Shown: piece by piece, positions 17,054 through 26,775 of the stretch
How the letters are laid out: each line of letters starts with the position of its first letter
Position numbering within the stretch: position 1 is the first letter of the stretch
Assembly (NCBI GenBank): GCA_035506175.1
Contig: DATJPZ010000123.1
Span: 6,980 to 70,979, forward strand
DNA length: 64,000 nt
Source: Thermoanaerobaculia bacterium
GTDB lineage: Bacteria > Acidobacteriota > Thermoanaerobaculia > UBA5066 > Gp7-AA6
Direction: 5' to 3'
Program-made: the position numbers and the translations under genes
The notes under the pieces: generated by a model
Seen by the model: the letters and a program-made list of their open reading frames with translations, nothing else
Databases searched by the model: none
Told to the model about the DNA's origin: nothing

Positions 17054-17886
17054 AGCCCGACGGCGTCTCGATCTTCTACCGCGAGGCCGGCCCGAAGGAT
17101 GCGCCGACGATCCTTCTGCTGCACGGGGTGCCGTCGTCGTCGCGGATGTTCCAGCCCCTCTTCGACCGCCTCGCCGATCGCTACCACCTCGTCGCGCCCG
17201 ACTACCCCGGATACGGCCACAGCGACTGGCCCGACCCGAAGAAGTTTGCCTACACGTTCGATCACACCGCCGAGCTCATGAATCGTTTCACCGAGGCGCT
17301 CGCGCTCTCCCGCTACGCCCTCTACATGCAGGACTACGGCGGACCGGTGGGATTCCGGATGGCGCTCGCGCGTCCGGACCGCGTCGACGCTCTCATCGTC
17401 CAGGACGCCGTCGCTCACGACGAGGGCCTCGGCGCGAACTGGAAGACGCGGCGCGCGTTCTGGGCCGACCGCGCCGCCAACGAGGCGGCGCTGCGGGCCA
17501 ACCTGCTCTCCCTGCCCACGACGCGCACGCGCCACGTCGGCAGCGACCCGAACGTCGAGCGTTACGACCCGGATCTCTGGACCGACGAGTTTGCGTTCCT
17601 GAGCCAGCCAGGCCAGGGAGACATCCAGAGCGACCTCTTCGACGACTATCGGACCAACGTCGAGGCCTACCCGAAGTGGCGGGCCTGGATGCGCGCGACC
17701 AGGCCGCGCCTGCTCGTGATCCGGGGAAAGTACGACCTGTCGTTCGACCCCTCGGAGCCCGAGGCTTACCGGCGCGACGTTCCCGACGCGCAGGTCCACG
17801 TCCTGGAAGCCGGGCACTTCGCGCTCGACACGGCCGCCGACGAGATCGCCGGGTCGATCCGCGCCTTCCTCGGGCCGTCCCGGTGA
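17053..17886 (+). pseudogene. Alpha/beta hydrolase (haloalkane dehalogenase / epoxide hydrolase-like) with no recognisable start codon
   Basis: Motifs: GVSIFYREAGPKDAPTILLLHGVPSSSRMF, MQDYGGPVGF, HVLEAGHFALD. No ATG, GTG or TTG lies in frame near the expected N-terminus. The only in-frame start (16810) would add about 80 Arg-rich residues and overlap the VOC gene. Confidence 0.6.
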
Positions 17887-17957
17887 GACGCGGCCTGCCC
17901 TTTGGGCCTATGATGGTCGTGCCGCCGGCGGCGGCACCACCGGAAGGGGAGTAGGCG

Positions 17958-19502
17958 ATGAAGGTCTATCTGATCGCGCCGAGAAATCCCGAGTCCTTCT
18001 GGACGTTCGACCGAATCCTGCCGAGCCTCGACAAGAAGTGCGTCTTCCCGAACCTGTCGCTCCCGACGGTGGCGGGGCTGACGCCGCGCGAGCACGAGGT
18101 GGTTCTCTGCGACGAGAACGTCGAGGACGTCGACCTCGACACCGACGCCGACATCGTCGGCCTGACCGGCTACGTCATCCACGCGCAGAGGATCCTCGAG
18201 CTCGCGGCCGAGTTTCGCCGGCGCGGGAAGTTCGTGGTCGCGGGCGGCCCGTTCGCGTCGCTTTGCCCGGAGCGCCTGCGCGGGAAGGTCGACGTGATCT
18301 TCGTCGACGAAGCCGAGTACACGTGGCCGCAGTTCCTCCGGGACTACGCGGCCGGCGCGTGGCAGGCCGAGTACAAGCAGGTCGACAAGCCGAGCATGCA
18401 CGACTCGCCCCTGCCGCGGTTCGACCTCTTGAAGCTCGACGCGTACCGCACGATGACGATCCAGTTCGCGCGGGGCTGCCCGTTCCAGTGCGAGTTCTGC
18501 GACATCATCGTGATGTACGGGCGCCGGCCGCGGACGAAGACCGTCGCCCAGCTCATGGCGGAGATCGAGGAGATCCACCGGCTGGGGTTGAAACGCATCT
18601 TCGTCGTCGACGACAACTTCATCGGGAACAAGCCGGAAGCCAAGGCCGTCCTCCACGCGCTCGCCGCGTGGCAAGAGGCGCACGGCTACCCGATGGAGAT
18701 GATGACGGAGACGACGTTGAATCTCGCCCAGGACGAGGAGCTGCTGCGCCTGATGCGGCAGGCCAACTTCACGACGATCTTCATCGGCATCGAGTCGCCC
18801 CGGGCGGCGAGCCTCGAGGAGACGCACAAGACGCAAAACCTGCGCGAGGGCATCCTCGACTCGGTCCACCGGATCCAGGAATCGGGCATCGAGGTCATGG
18901 CGGGGATGATCGTCGGCTTCGACAACGACGACCCGACGATTTTCGAGGAGCAATTCCAGTTCATCCAGGAGGCGCGGATCCCGGTCTCGATGACCGGCAT
19001 GTTGAACGCCCTTCCGAAGACGCCGCTCTACGACCGCCTCAAGAAGGCGGGCCGGCTGATCGCCGAGTCGGTCGGCGACCAGTTCGTGTTCACGAACATC
19101 GTGCCCCAGGGGATGTCGACGGCGGAGCTCTACGAAGGCTACCGGCGGCTTCTGCAGAGGCTGTACGGGTACGCCAACTACCGCCGGCGCGTGATGGAGC
19201 TCCTCCTGACGAAGGGCTCGCAGATCAGGAGCCGGCTCGCCACGGGCCAGGCGGATCTGAAGATCTTCGGCCGGGTGCTCTGGTCCTGCGTGCTGCGCGC
19301 CTCGCCGAAGCGGGCGTGGATGACGCTGTCGATCCTCTTCGAGACGGCGCTGCGGCGTCCGGGGTCGATCCGGCAGGCCGTGACGCTCGCGCTCATGCAC
19401 AAGCACCTTTACGAGTACATGAAGGACACCTGCGAGCGGCTGGAGGAGTTCGTGCGCCGCGCCGAGGCGGGCGCGCGGGAGCTCGAGGCGGAGACGGCTT
19501 AA
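17958..19502 (+). CDS. B12-binding-domain radical SAM protein with a DUF4070-like C-terminal region
   Basis: An N-terminal B12-binding-like Rossmann segment is followed by the CxxxCxxC motif FARGCPFQCEFCDI. The long helical C-terminus is typical of class B radical SAM / DUF4070 proteins. Confidence 0.9.
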   Translation: MKVYLIAPRNPESFWTFDRILPSLDKKCVFPNLSLPTVAGLTPREHEVVLCDENVEDVDLDTDADIVGLTGYVIHAQRILELAAEFRRRGKFVVAGGPFASLCPERLRGKVDVIFVDEAEYTWPQFLRDYAAGAWQAEYKQVDKPSMHDSPLPRFDLLKLDAYRTMTIQFARGCPFQCEFCDIIVMYGRRPRTKTVAQLMAEIEEIHRLGLKRIFVVDDNFIGNKPEAKAVLHALAAWQEAHGYPMEMMTETTLNLAQDEELLRLMRQANFTTIFIGIESPRAASLEETHKTQNLREGILDSVHRIQESGIEVMAGMIVGFDNDDPTIFEEQFQFIQEARIPVSMTGMLNALPKTPLYDRLKKAGRLIAESVGDQFVFTNIVPQGMSTAELYEGYRRLLQRLYGYANYRRRVMELLLTKGSQIRSRLATGQADLKIFGRVLWSCVLRASPKRAWMTLSILFETALRRPGSIRQAVTLALMHKHLYEYMKDTCERLEEFVRRAEAGARELEAETA

Positions 19503-19519
19503 GGCGAGGAGGAGCGTCG

Positions 19520-19999
19520 ATGGCAGCCCGGAAGGGCGCGAAGAAAGCCGCGAAGAAGCCGGCCCAGAAGCCGGCGAAGAAGTCGGCCCGACGCCCGACG
19601 CGGAAGGCCCGCCCGTCGGGGGCGCTTTCCCTCGCGACGGCGTCGCCGTCCTTCACCGTCGGCGACCTCGCGAAAAGCATCGCCTGGTACACGGACGTCG
19701 TCGGGTTCGTCCTGGAAGAGCGGTGGGAGGAGGGCGGCGTGATGGTCGGCGCCCAGCTCCGCGCCGGGAAAGTCCGGTTCTTCGTCGGCCAGGACGACTG
19801 GAAGAAGGGCCGCGACCGGAAGAAGGGCGAGGGGTTTCGCGTCTACTGCCAGACGACCCAGGATCTCGACGCGCTCGCCCGGAGAATCGTCGCCCGCGGC
19901 GGCACGCTCGACTACGAGCCGCGGATGCAGCCCTGGGGCTCCCGCGACTTCGGCGTGACCGATCCCGACGGGTTCAAGTTCACGATCGCGACGCCGTAA
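19520..19999 (+). CDS. VOC/glyoxalase-fold protein with a Lys/Ala/Pro-rich histone-H1-like N-terminal tail
   Basis: AGGAGGAG Shine-Dalgarno before the ATG at 19520, 17 nt after the radical SAM stop. The tail is MAARKGAKKAAKKPAQKPAKKSARRPTRKARP. The VOC core ends PWGSRDFGVTDPDGFKFTI. Confidence 0.8.
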   Translation: MAARKGAKKAAKKPAQKPAKKSARRPTRKARPSGALSLATASPSFTVGDLAKSIAWYTDVVGFVLEERWEEGGVMVGAQLRAGKVRFFVGQDDWKKGRDRKKGEGFRVYCQTTQDLDALARRIVARGGTLDYEPRMQPWGSRDFGVTDPDGFKFTIATP

Positions 20000-20087
20000 G
20001 GGCCGGGCGGCGGTCCGGCTTCATTGCCTCCGGCGCCGGCCGATCGAAGCTCGCGAGCCGGTCCGAAAGTTGCAAAATTGTTCCCCG

Positions 20088-21620
20088 ATGGGGCAATGGC
20101 GGACGGCCCGGGGGTCCCGGTGCCGGAGGGCGCTGGTCGCCCTCGGCCTGGGGCTCGTGGCTCGCGGCCTGGTCGCCGGGCAGGATCGCGAGGGAAGCCC
20201 GGCGGCGTCCGGCGAGCTCTTTCCGCTTGGCCTCGAGGGAGCACTGCAGGGCGCGGCCCCGTACGCCGAATCGCTGCCGCCGCCGACGCTCGCGCCCGTC
20301 ACGGATTCGCCGCCGACCGCCGGGAAGCGCTTCCTGACCGCGGCGGGCGAGATGGTCCTGATCGAGCTCCTGCCCTGGGTTTACGACCGCTACGTCGCCA
20401 ACGAGGACTACGCCCGGATCTCGTGGCGCACGGTGAGCCGGAACTTCAAGGCGGGGTTCGGCTTCGACAGCGACCATTTCGACATCAACCAGTCGTCGCA
20501 CCCCTACCAGGGGAGCCTCTACTTCGAGGCGGGTCGCTCGAACGGCTACACCTACTGGGAGTCGGGCCTCTTCGCGCTCGCGGGCAGCTTTCTCTGGGAG
20601 TGCTGCATGGAGAACACGCAGCCGTCGATCAACGACCTCGTGAACACGACGCTCGGCGGCATGACGCGCGGCGAGGTGCAGCACCGGCTCTCGGTCATGC
20701 TGCTCGACAATTCGGCCTCGGGGAGCGAGCGCTTCTGGCGCGAGCTCGGCGCGGCGGTGATCAATCCCGTCGGCGCGATCTCGCGACTCGTCAACGGCGA
20801 CATGGGAAGGACCTCCCCGAACCCCGAGGATCGGCTGCCGGACTCCTTCAGCCTCACGGCCGAGCTCGGATATCGCCACGTCGAGGGACCGATCCTCCGC
20901 GAGAATCAGGAGAGCCAGGGCCTCGTGTCGCTCGCCGCGAGCTACGGGGATCCCTTCGCGGCCGACGTCGTTCAGCCGTTCGACGCGTTCACCGCTTCGA
21001 TCGACGTGAACGCGCCGAGCGACCCCGTCATCACGCGGTTCGAGGAGCGCGGGCTGCTGCGCTCGTGGGAGTTAACCGATCGCACGGCCCCGGCGCGCCA
21101 CGCTTTCGCCTTCTCGCAGGAATACGAGTACTTCAACAACCAGGCGCAGGTCTTCGGCGCCCAGATGTTCAGCGCCGGCGTCCTGTCGCGATGGCTGCTC
21201 GGCGGCCGCGTCGTCGCGGCGACCGATCTCGACGCGGTCGCCATCCCGCTCGCCGGCGTCAAGACGACCGACTTCGAGAACCCTTCGACCGGGCGCAACT
21301 ACGACTACGGCCCCGGCGGCGGCGCGCTCGCGGCGTTGCGCCTCTACGCCGGCGAGCAACGGATTCTCTCGGTCGGCTACGGCGTCGCGTGGATCCACAC
21401 GGTGAACGGCTCATCCGACGCGAACACGCTCCAGTTCTTCCGGGCGACCGGTGTCGTGCCGATCGCGGGACCGGTGGGTCTCGGCGCCGGTTACCGCTGG
21501 TACAGCCGGAAGACGAGCTATCCCGGCGGGTTCTTCGAGCCCCGCCAGACCCAGTCGGAGTGGCGCGTGTTCCTGAACCTCGCGATCGGGGGGACGGGGC
21601 TGCGGACGCCGAAAGACTGA
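20088..21620 (+). CDS. DUF3943 domain-containing protein (probable envelope protein)
   Basis: Motif HPYQGSLYFEAGRSNGYTYWESGLFALAGSFLWECCMENTQPSINDLVNTTLGGMTRGEVQHRLS. The N-terminus is signal-like. The start is ambiguous (TTG at 20070 or ATG at 20088). Confidence 0.8.
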   Translation: MGQWRTARGSRCRRALVALGLGLVARGLVAGQDREGSPAASGELFPLGLEGALQGAAPYAESLPPPTLAPVTDSPPTAGKRFLTAAGEMVLIELLPWVYDRYVANEDYARISWRTVSRNFKAGFGFDSDHFDINQSSHPYQGSLYFEAGRSNGYTYWESGLFALAGSFLWECCMENTQPSINDLVNTTLGGMTRGEVQHRLSVMLLDNSASGSERFWRELGAAVINPVGAISRLVNGDMGRTSPNPEDRLPDSFSLTAELGYRHVEGPILRENQESQGLVSLAASYGDPFAADVVQPFDAFTASIDVNAPSDPVITRFEERGLLRSWELTDRTAPARHAFAFSQEYEYFNNQAQVFGAQMFSAGVLSRWLLGGRVVAATDLDAVAIPLAGVKTTDFENPSTGRNYDYGPGGGALAALRLYAGEQRILSVGYGVAWIHTVNGSSDANTLQFFRATGVVPIAGPVGLGAGYRWYSRKTSYPGGFFEPRQTQSEWRVFLNLAIGGTGLRTPKD

Positions 21621-21687
21621 CGCGGGCGCTCGGGTATCATCGCGGCGCTTCGCCATCTCGAAAAGCCATGCGCCGGCGGGAGGCCCG

Positions 21688-22950
21688 ATGAAAGCAATGC
21701 GGGGATTTCTGTCCGCTCTGAGTCTTCTCGCGGCGGCGGCGCTGCCCGCGCAGGTCACCGCGATCCACGCAGGACGGCTGGTCGACCCGGCTTCGGGCAC
21801 GGCGGCCGCGAACCAGGTCATCCTGGTCCAGGGCGGCAAGGTCACGGCGGTCGGGCCGGCCGTGGCGATCCCCCCGGGGGCCGCCGTGATCGACCTCTCG
21901 AAGATGACCGTGCTGCCCGGTCTCTTCGACGTCCACACGCACCTGTGCCTGGGCCTGAAGACGCAGGGCGGCGCGGGGCTGCCGGCGTTGCTCAACGCCC
22001 TGCTCGCCGCGACGGCGATCGAGACGACCGCGTACCGCTCGATTGAGGGCGTCGCGAACGCCCGCGACATGCTGGCGTCCGGGTTCACGACCGTGCGCGA
22101 CGTCGGCAACGCCGGCAACTACGCGGACACGGCCCTGCGGCGGGCGATCGAGGACGGCCTCGTTCCCGGCCCGACCGTCGTCAACGCCGGACGCATCATC
22201 GCGCCGTACGGTGGCCAGTATCACGGGATCCCGCCCGAGCGCGCCGACATCACGATCCCCGAGTACCTCTACGCCGACACGCCCGACGAGATGCGAAAGG
22301 CCGTCCGCGAGAACGTCGCGTTCGGGGCGAAGGTCATCAAGATCGTCGTCGACGACCAGCCTTATCTCTACACGGTCGACGACGTGAAGATCCTCGTGCG
22401 CGAGGCGCACGCCTCCGGCGTGAAGATCGCGGCGCACTGCGCCACCGACGCGGGCGCGCGCGTCGCGGCGGAGGGCGGCGTGGACTCGGTCGAGCACGCG
22501 TACCGCGCCACGACGCCGACGCTGCAGCTCATGAAGGACCGGGGCGTCTTCCTCGTCGGGACCGATTTCACGACGCAGGCCGCGCACGAGATGGGCATGG
22601 ACAACTACCACGCCTGGGTCGTGGATCGCCTCAGGCGTGCCTACCAGGTCGGGACGCCGGTGGCCTTCGGGACCGACGTCTGCTTCATCAAGGACGGCGA
22701 GACGCGCGGGACGCTGTCGGCCGAGTTCGTCACGAGCTTCGTCGAGGCCGGCGTCCCGCCGAAGCAGATCCTCCGGGCGATGACGGTCGACGCCGCGCGC
22801 CTGATGGGGATGGAGAAGGAGCGCGGCACGATCGCCCCGGGCTACGCGGCGGACATCGTCGCCACGCCCGGCAACCCGCTCGACGACATCGACGCGGTGC
22901 GCCGCGTCCGCTTCGTCATGAAGGACGGGAAGGTCTTCCGGAACGACTAG
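21688..22950 (+). CDS. Amidohydrolase family protein (metal-dependent, secreted)
   Basis: A signal peptide is present. HxH motif GLFDVHTHL. Later His/Asp ligands: AAHC, VEHA, GTD. Confidence 0.9.
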   Translation: MKAMRGFLSALSLLAAAALPAQVTAIHAGRLVDPASGTAAANQVILVQGGKVTAVGPAVAIPPGAAVIDLSKMTVLPGLFDVHTHLCLGLKTQGGAGLPALLNALLAATAIETTAYRSIEGVANARDMLASGFTTVRDVGNAGNYADTALRRAIEDGLVPGPTVVNAGRIIAPYGGQYHGIPPERADITIPEYLYADTPDEMRKAVRENVAFGAKVIKIVVDDQPYLYTVDDVKILVREAHASGVKIAAHCATDAGARVAAEGGVDSVEHAYRATTPTLQLMKDRGVFLVGTDFTTQAAHEMGMDNYHAWVVDRLRRAYQVGTPVAFGTDVCFIKDGETRGTLSAEFVTSFVEAGVPPKQILRAMTVDAARLMGMEKERGTIAPGYAADIVATPGNPLDDIDAVRRVRFVMKDGKVFRND

Positions 22951-22959
22951 CGCGGACCC

Positions 22960-23460
22960 CTAGCGCGACCGCGGAGTCGGCGTCGGGCGGGCCGGTCCCT
23001 TCGTCGGCGTCGCGCCGCCCGAGGCGGGTGCCGAGCTCGACACGGCCGTCGGTCTCGACGGGACGCTCGGAGCCGAGTGCTCGATGTCGTCGGCGCTGCC
23101 GGGCGCGGCCGTGATCGACATGACTTTCGTCTTGCCGGCGGAGTCCGACGCCCACATGAGCGAAGCAAGATGACCCACCGCGACCGATCCGTCGACGCGG
23201 ACGCCGGGTTCGAGCGGCATCTCGACCTGCCGGCCGTCGTCGACCTTGATCGTGATGTTCCGGCCGGGGCTGTAGTCCCAGACCGTTCCGGTCAGCAGCT
23301 GCGTCCCGGCGGCGCAGGTCTGGGAAGTCAAGATCGCCGAGCACGGCCCCGAGCTGCTCGGCGACGAGGCGCTCGGGCGGGTCGGGGTCGGAGTGGGCTG
23401 CGCCGAGGCGACTGCGCCGGCGGAGCCGAGGGCGACGACGAGCCAGATTGTCCTTCTCAC
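22960..23460 (-). CDS. Hypothetical secreted protein with Pro/Thr/Ser-rich termini
   Basis: GTG start preceded by GGAGGAAAA. A signal peptide is present. I recognise no family. Confidence 0.55.
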   Translation of the reverse strand: MRRTIWLVVALGSAGAVASAQPTPTPTRPSASSPSSSGPCSAILTSQTCAAGTQLLTGTVWDYSPGRNITIKVDDGRQVEMPLEPGVRVDGSVAVGHLASLMWASDSAGKTKVMSITAAPGSADDIEHSAPSVPSRPTAVSSSAPASGGATPTKGPARPTPTPRSR

Positions 23461-23566
23461 TTTTCCTCCATCGAAGGCGGCGCGGGAAGCGCGGCCCCCA
23501 ATCTATCCCGTTGCGAGTTCCGTGCCTGGTTTCCCCTATGGGGAAACGCCGGGCGATTCCCCTTCG

Positions 23567-25375
23567 TTACGCGCGCCGCGTGAATCCGTCCGGGCTCCAG
23601 TCCTCGCTGCCGACGCCGTTGTGGACGAAGAACAGGCCCGCCGGGTCGTAGCGATCCTTGATGGCGCGGAGGCGGGAGTAGTTCGAGCCCCAGTAAGTCT
23701 TCCGGAAGTTCTTGTCGAAGTAGTTGCTCTCGTTCGAGTAGGAGCCGGCGTCCGGCGCGATCGCGCGCAAGGCGTCGGCCGCGGCCGAGATCGCGGCGGC
23801 GGCCTGCTTTCCCTTGACGGGATCGGGAGCGTGGCCGGCGACGCCGGGATTGGCATGGGCCTTTCCGGTCGCGATGATGACGAGCGCGAAGGCTTCGAGG
23901 ACGGCCGGGTTGACGGAGGTCTGGCGCGCGGCCGCGATCCGGTCGGGCGCGGCTCCGGCGAGCCCCTTGTTGAAGTGGAATTCGACCTGGGTGTGCCGGG
24001 ACGCGGCGAAGACGGCGTCGGCGAGGCGATCGGGATCCTTCAGGAGTGTCGCCGGGAGCCACAGGGATTCGTAGCCGTAGAGAAACGCGTTGACCTCACC
24101 CGAGTTGTCCTTCCACCAGACGTTCGACGCCGGCGCGCCGGGGCGCGGGTCCGTCACCATGGAGTCCGGGCTGTGCTGGCGGCGCCACTCGTAGTCCCAC
24201 CAGTGGCGCGCGGCCGTGGTGCTGACCTTGATGGGACGGACGACCTCGTAATCCGACGGCGAGGCCGCGATGAACGCGCGGAAAGGATTCCACGCGGCTT
24301 CCGCCGCTTCGTCGGACAGGCCGGCGACGAGCATGTGGATGTCGAGGGCGTTGTCGGCGCCGAAGGCCATCTGCTCGCCCCAGTGCGGGTTGTAGAGCGC
24401 GGTCGCGTAGTGCCGGAAGAACTCGGCGATCAGCCGGCGAAACGCCGCGTCGGACCTGGCCTGGATGCGGCCGCTGACGGCGCCGAAGAGCTCCGGCAGC
24501 TCGTGGGTCGCCAGCGTGATCTTCGTGACGACGCCGAAGGTTCCGCCGCCGCCTCCCTTGAGGGCCCAGAAGAGGTCGGGGTTGGTGCAGGCGTTGGCGA
24601 TGCGGACCTGGCCGTCGGCGGTGACGATCTCTGCCTCGAGAAGGCTTGCGGCCGCCATGCCGTAGGTCTTGGAGAAGCTGCCGAAGCCGCCTCCGGCGAC
24701 CAGGCCGACGACGCCGACCGTGCAGCAGCCGCCGCCCTGCACGTAGCGGCCGGCCTTCGTGGTCACCGCGTCGTAGAGGGCGACCCAGCGCGCGCCCGCG
24801 CCGGCGGTGACCGCGGGAACGGGCGCCTCGCGGCAGCCGCGCGGGACGAAGGCATCGTGGATCTCGATGCCGTCCATCGCCCGCGTCCACACGAGGAGGG
24901 AGTCGGGCGCGTTCGAGTTGCCGAGGTAGCTGTGGCCGCCGCCCTTGACGACGAGACGGAGGCGATTGTCGCGCGCGAAGTTCACGGCGGCGGCGACGTC
25001 TTCGGCCGACTGCGCCGACACGGCGTACGCGCTCGGCGCCGACGTCCAGGCGTCGAGCCACCCGGCGAGCTGGGTGCCGCCGGCCTGGTCGGCGATGAAG
25101 TAGGGATTCTTCAGCTCCTCGAGGCGCGCCGTGCACGCGGGGCTCTCCGGGGCGCTCGTGCACGGGGCGAGTGGGGAGGTCACCGGAGCCAGTCGTCCGC
25201 CGACCTCGCGCTCGAGCTCTTTCCATCTCGCGGGAGAGGGCCAGGCGGCGTCGGAAGGACGCACGCGGCGAAACGCGGCCGGCACGCTGGCGTTGGCGAG
25301 CCTCGCGAGGAGGGAGCCGAGGCCGGCGAACGCGGGGACGGCGCTCAATCGCTTCAGGAAGGTGCGTCGGTTCAT
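23567..25375 (-). CDS. FAD-binding oxidoreductase (PCMH-type) with a C-terminal berberine-bridge (BBE) domain and Tat-type signal
   Basis: The start was set at MNRRTFLKRLSAVPAFAGLG (twin-arginine signal). Motifs: VVKGGGHSYLG and C-terminal NYSRLRAIKDRYDPAGLFFVHNGVGSEDW. Confidence 0.85.
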   Translation of the reverse strand: MNRRTFLKRLSAVPAFAGLGSLLARLANASVPAAFRRVRPSDAAWPSPARWKELEREVGGRLAPVTSPLAPCTSAPESPACTARLEELKNPYFIADQAGGTQLAGWLDAWTSAPSAYAVSAQSAEDVAAAVNFARDNRLRLVVKGGGHSYLGNSNAPDSLLVWTRAMDGIEIHDAFVPRGCREAPVPAVTAGAGARWVALYDAVTTKAGRYVQGGGCCTVGVVGLVAGGGFGSFSKTYGMAAASLLEAEIVTADGQVRIANACTNPDLFWALKGGGGGTFGVVTKITLATHELPELFGAVSGRIQARSDAAFRRLIAEFFRHYATALYNPHWGEQMAFGADNALDIHMLVAGLSDEAAEAAWNPFRAFIAASPSDYEVVRPIKVSTTAARHWWDYEWRRQHSPDSMVTDPRPGAPASNVWWKDNSGEVNAFLYGYESLWLPATLLKDPDRLADAVFAASRHTQVEFHFNKGLAGAAPDRIAAARQTSVNPAVLEAFALVIIATGKAHANPGVAGHAPDPVKGKQAAAAISAAADALRAIAPDAGSYSNESNYFDKNFRKTYWGSNYSRLRAIKDRYDPAGLFFVHNGVGSEDWSPDGFTRRA

Positions 25376-25410
25376 CGGGCCTCCGAGGGCAGGATACCGG
25401 ATCCGCAATA

Positions 25411-26736
25411 ATGCGCTCACGCATGACCTCGCGGCGCCGCATCCGGGCAAGCCCGATCTTCGTCTGGCCCTTCTTGCTGCTGGTCCTCGGCGCGGGCGCG
25501 CCGGAGCTCTCGGCGCAGAACCTCCGCAGGCTCGTCAACGAGACCGAGCTGACCGGCGACTGGGGCGGCGCGCGCACGCAGCTCGAGAACGACGGCGTGC
25601 ACGTCGCGTTTCAGTACTGGACGAACCTCGCCGGCAACCCCGTCGGCGGGCAGCGCCAGGGGTTCACCTACACGGACAGCCTGAACCTCTCGATCGACCT
25701 CGACTTCCAGAAGCTCGTGCAATGGAAGGGCGGGGCGCTGCACTTCATCTTCACCAACCGCGACGGCTCGAGCCTCTCGCAGAACTACATCGGGAACCTC
25801 TTCACCGTCCAGCAGATTTACGGGCCGACCGAGACCTACCGGCTGACCGAGCTGACGCTCGAGCAGTCGTTCGCCGGCGGCGCACTCGACGTCGTCGCCG
25901 GCCGTTATCCGGCGAGCGATTTCGCGACGTCGCCGCTCTATTGCGTCTTCATGAACAACGGCTTCTGCGGCTACCCGGGCGGCATCGCGCAGAACCTCAA
26001 CATGCCGTACTTTCCCGTGCCGTCGTGGGCGGGCCGCGTGCGCTGGAAGCCGAGCCCCGAGTTTCTGGCCCAGGTCGGCGCCTTCGAGGTCAACCCGACG
26101 CTCGCCGACACGCACGGCTTCGACTGGTCGACGTCCGGCGGGACGGGCACGGCGATCGTCGGCGAGCTCTGGTACGTCCGCGGCGGCGACGCGCCGGGAC
26201 TGCCCGGCCACTACAAGCTCGGCGGCTGGTACCAGACGCAGACCGGCGGCGCCTCGACGAGCGGCGGCCCGGCGGCGCCCGCGGCGCCGCTCGAGACACC
26301 GGGCGCGTTCACGCGCGCCGTCGCCGCTTCGGTCGACGCGAAGGCCGGCTTCTACGCCCTCTTCGACCAGGCGATGACGGCGAACATGCCGAAAGGCCGC
26401 GGCTGCGCCGAGGTGCCAGCCGGCGTCACGGTGCTCGGCGGCTTGAGCTGGGCGCAGGGACCGAACACGGTCAACGACGGCGCGGCTTTCGCCGGCGTCG
26501 TCGCCAACGGCCTGATCGACAGCCGGCCGTACGACACCCAGGGCTTCGCGGCGACGTGGGTCAACCGCACGCTCCCGGGGCAGACGTACGAGCTCGTCCT
26601 CGAGTGGAACTACGGCATGGAGGTCACGCGCTGGTTCCGGTTCCAGCCGGACCTTCAGTGGGTCATTCGTCCGGGCGCGACCGGGACGATCCCGAACGCG
26701 CTCGTCCTCGGCGCGCAGGCGTCGATCGACTTCTAG
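25411..26736 (+). CDS. OprB family carbohydrate-selective porin
   Basis: The start was set at the ATG at 25411, which is followed by a signal peptide. OprB-typical motifs: LTGDWGGARTQLENDGV, NLAGNPVGGQRQG, C-terminal RFQPDLQWVIRPG. Confidence 0.85.
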   Translation: MRSRMTSRRRIRASPIFVWPFLLLVLGAGAPELSAQNLRRLVNETELTGDWGGARTQLENDGVHVAFQYWTNLAGNPVGGQRQGFTYTDSLNLSIDLDFQKLVQWKGGALHFIFTNRDGSSLSQNYIGNLFTVQQIYGPTETYRLTELTLEQSFAGGALDVVAGRYPASDFATSPLYCVFMNNGFCGYPGGIAQNLNMPYFPVPSWAGRVRWKPSPEFLAQVGAFEVNPTLADTHGFDWSTSGGTGTAIVGELWYVRGGDAPGLPGHYKLGGWYQTQTGGASTSGGPAAPAAPLETPGAFTRAVAASVDAKAGFYALFDQAMTANMPKGRGCAEVPAGVTVLGGLSWAQGPNTVNDGAAFAGVVANGLIDSRPYDTQGFAATWVNRTLPGQTYELVLEWNYGMEVTRWFRFQPDLQWVIRPGATGTIPNALVLGAQASIDF

Positions 26737-26775
26737 AGACGGACTCGAAAGCGACCGCCTTCGCGGCCGCCGAAT

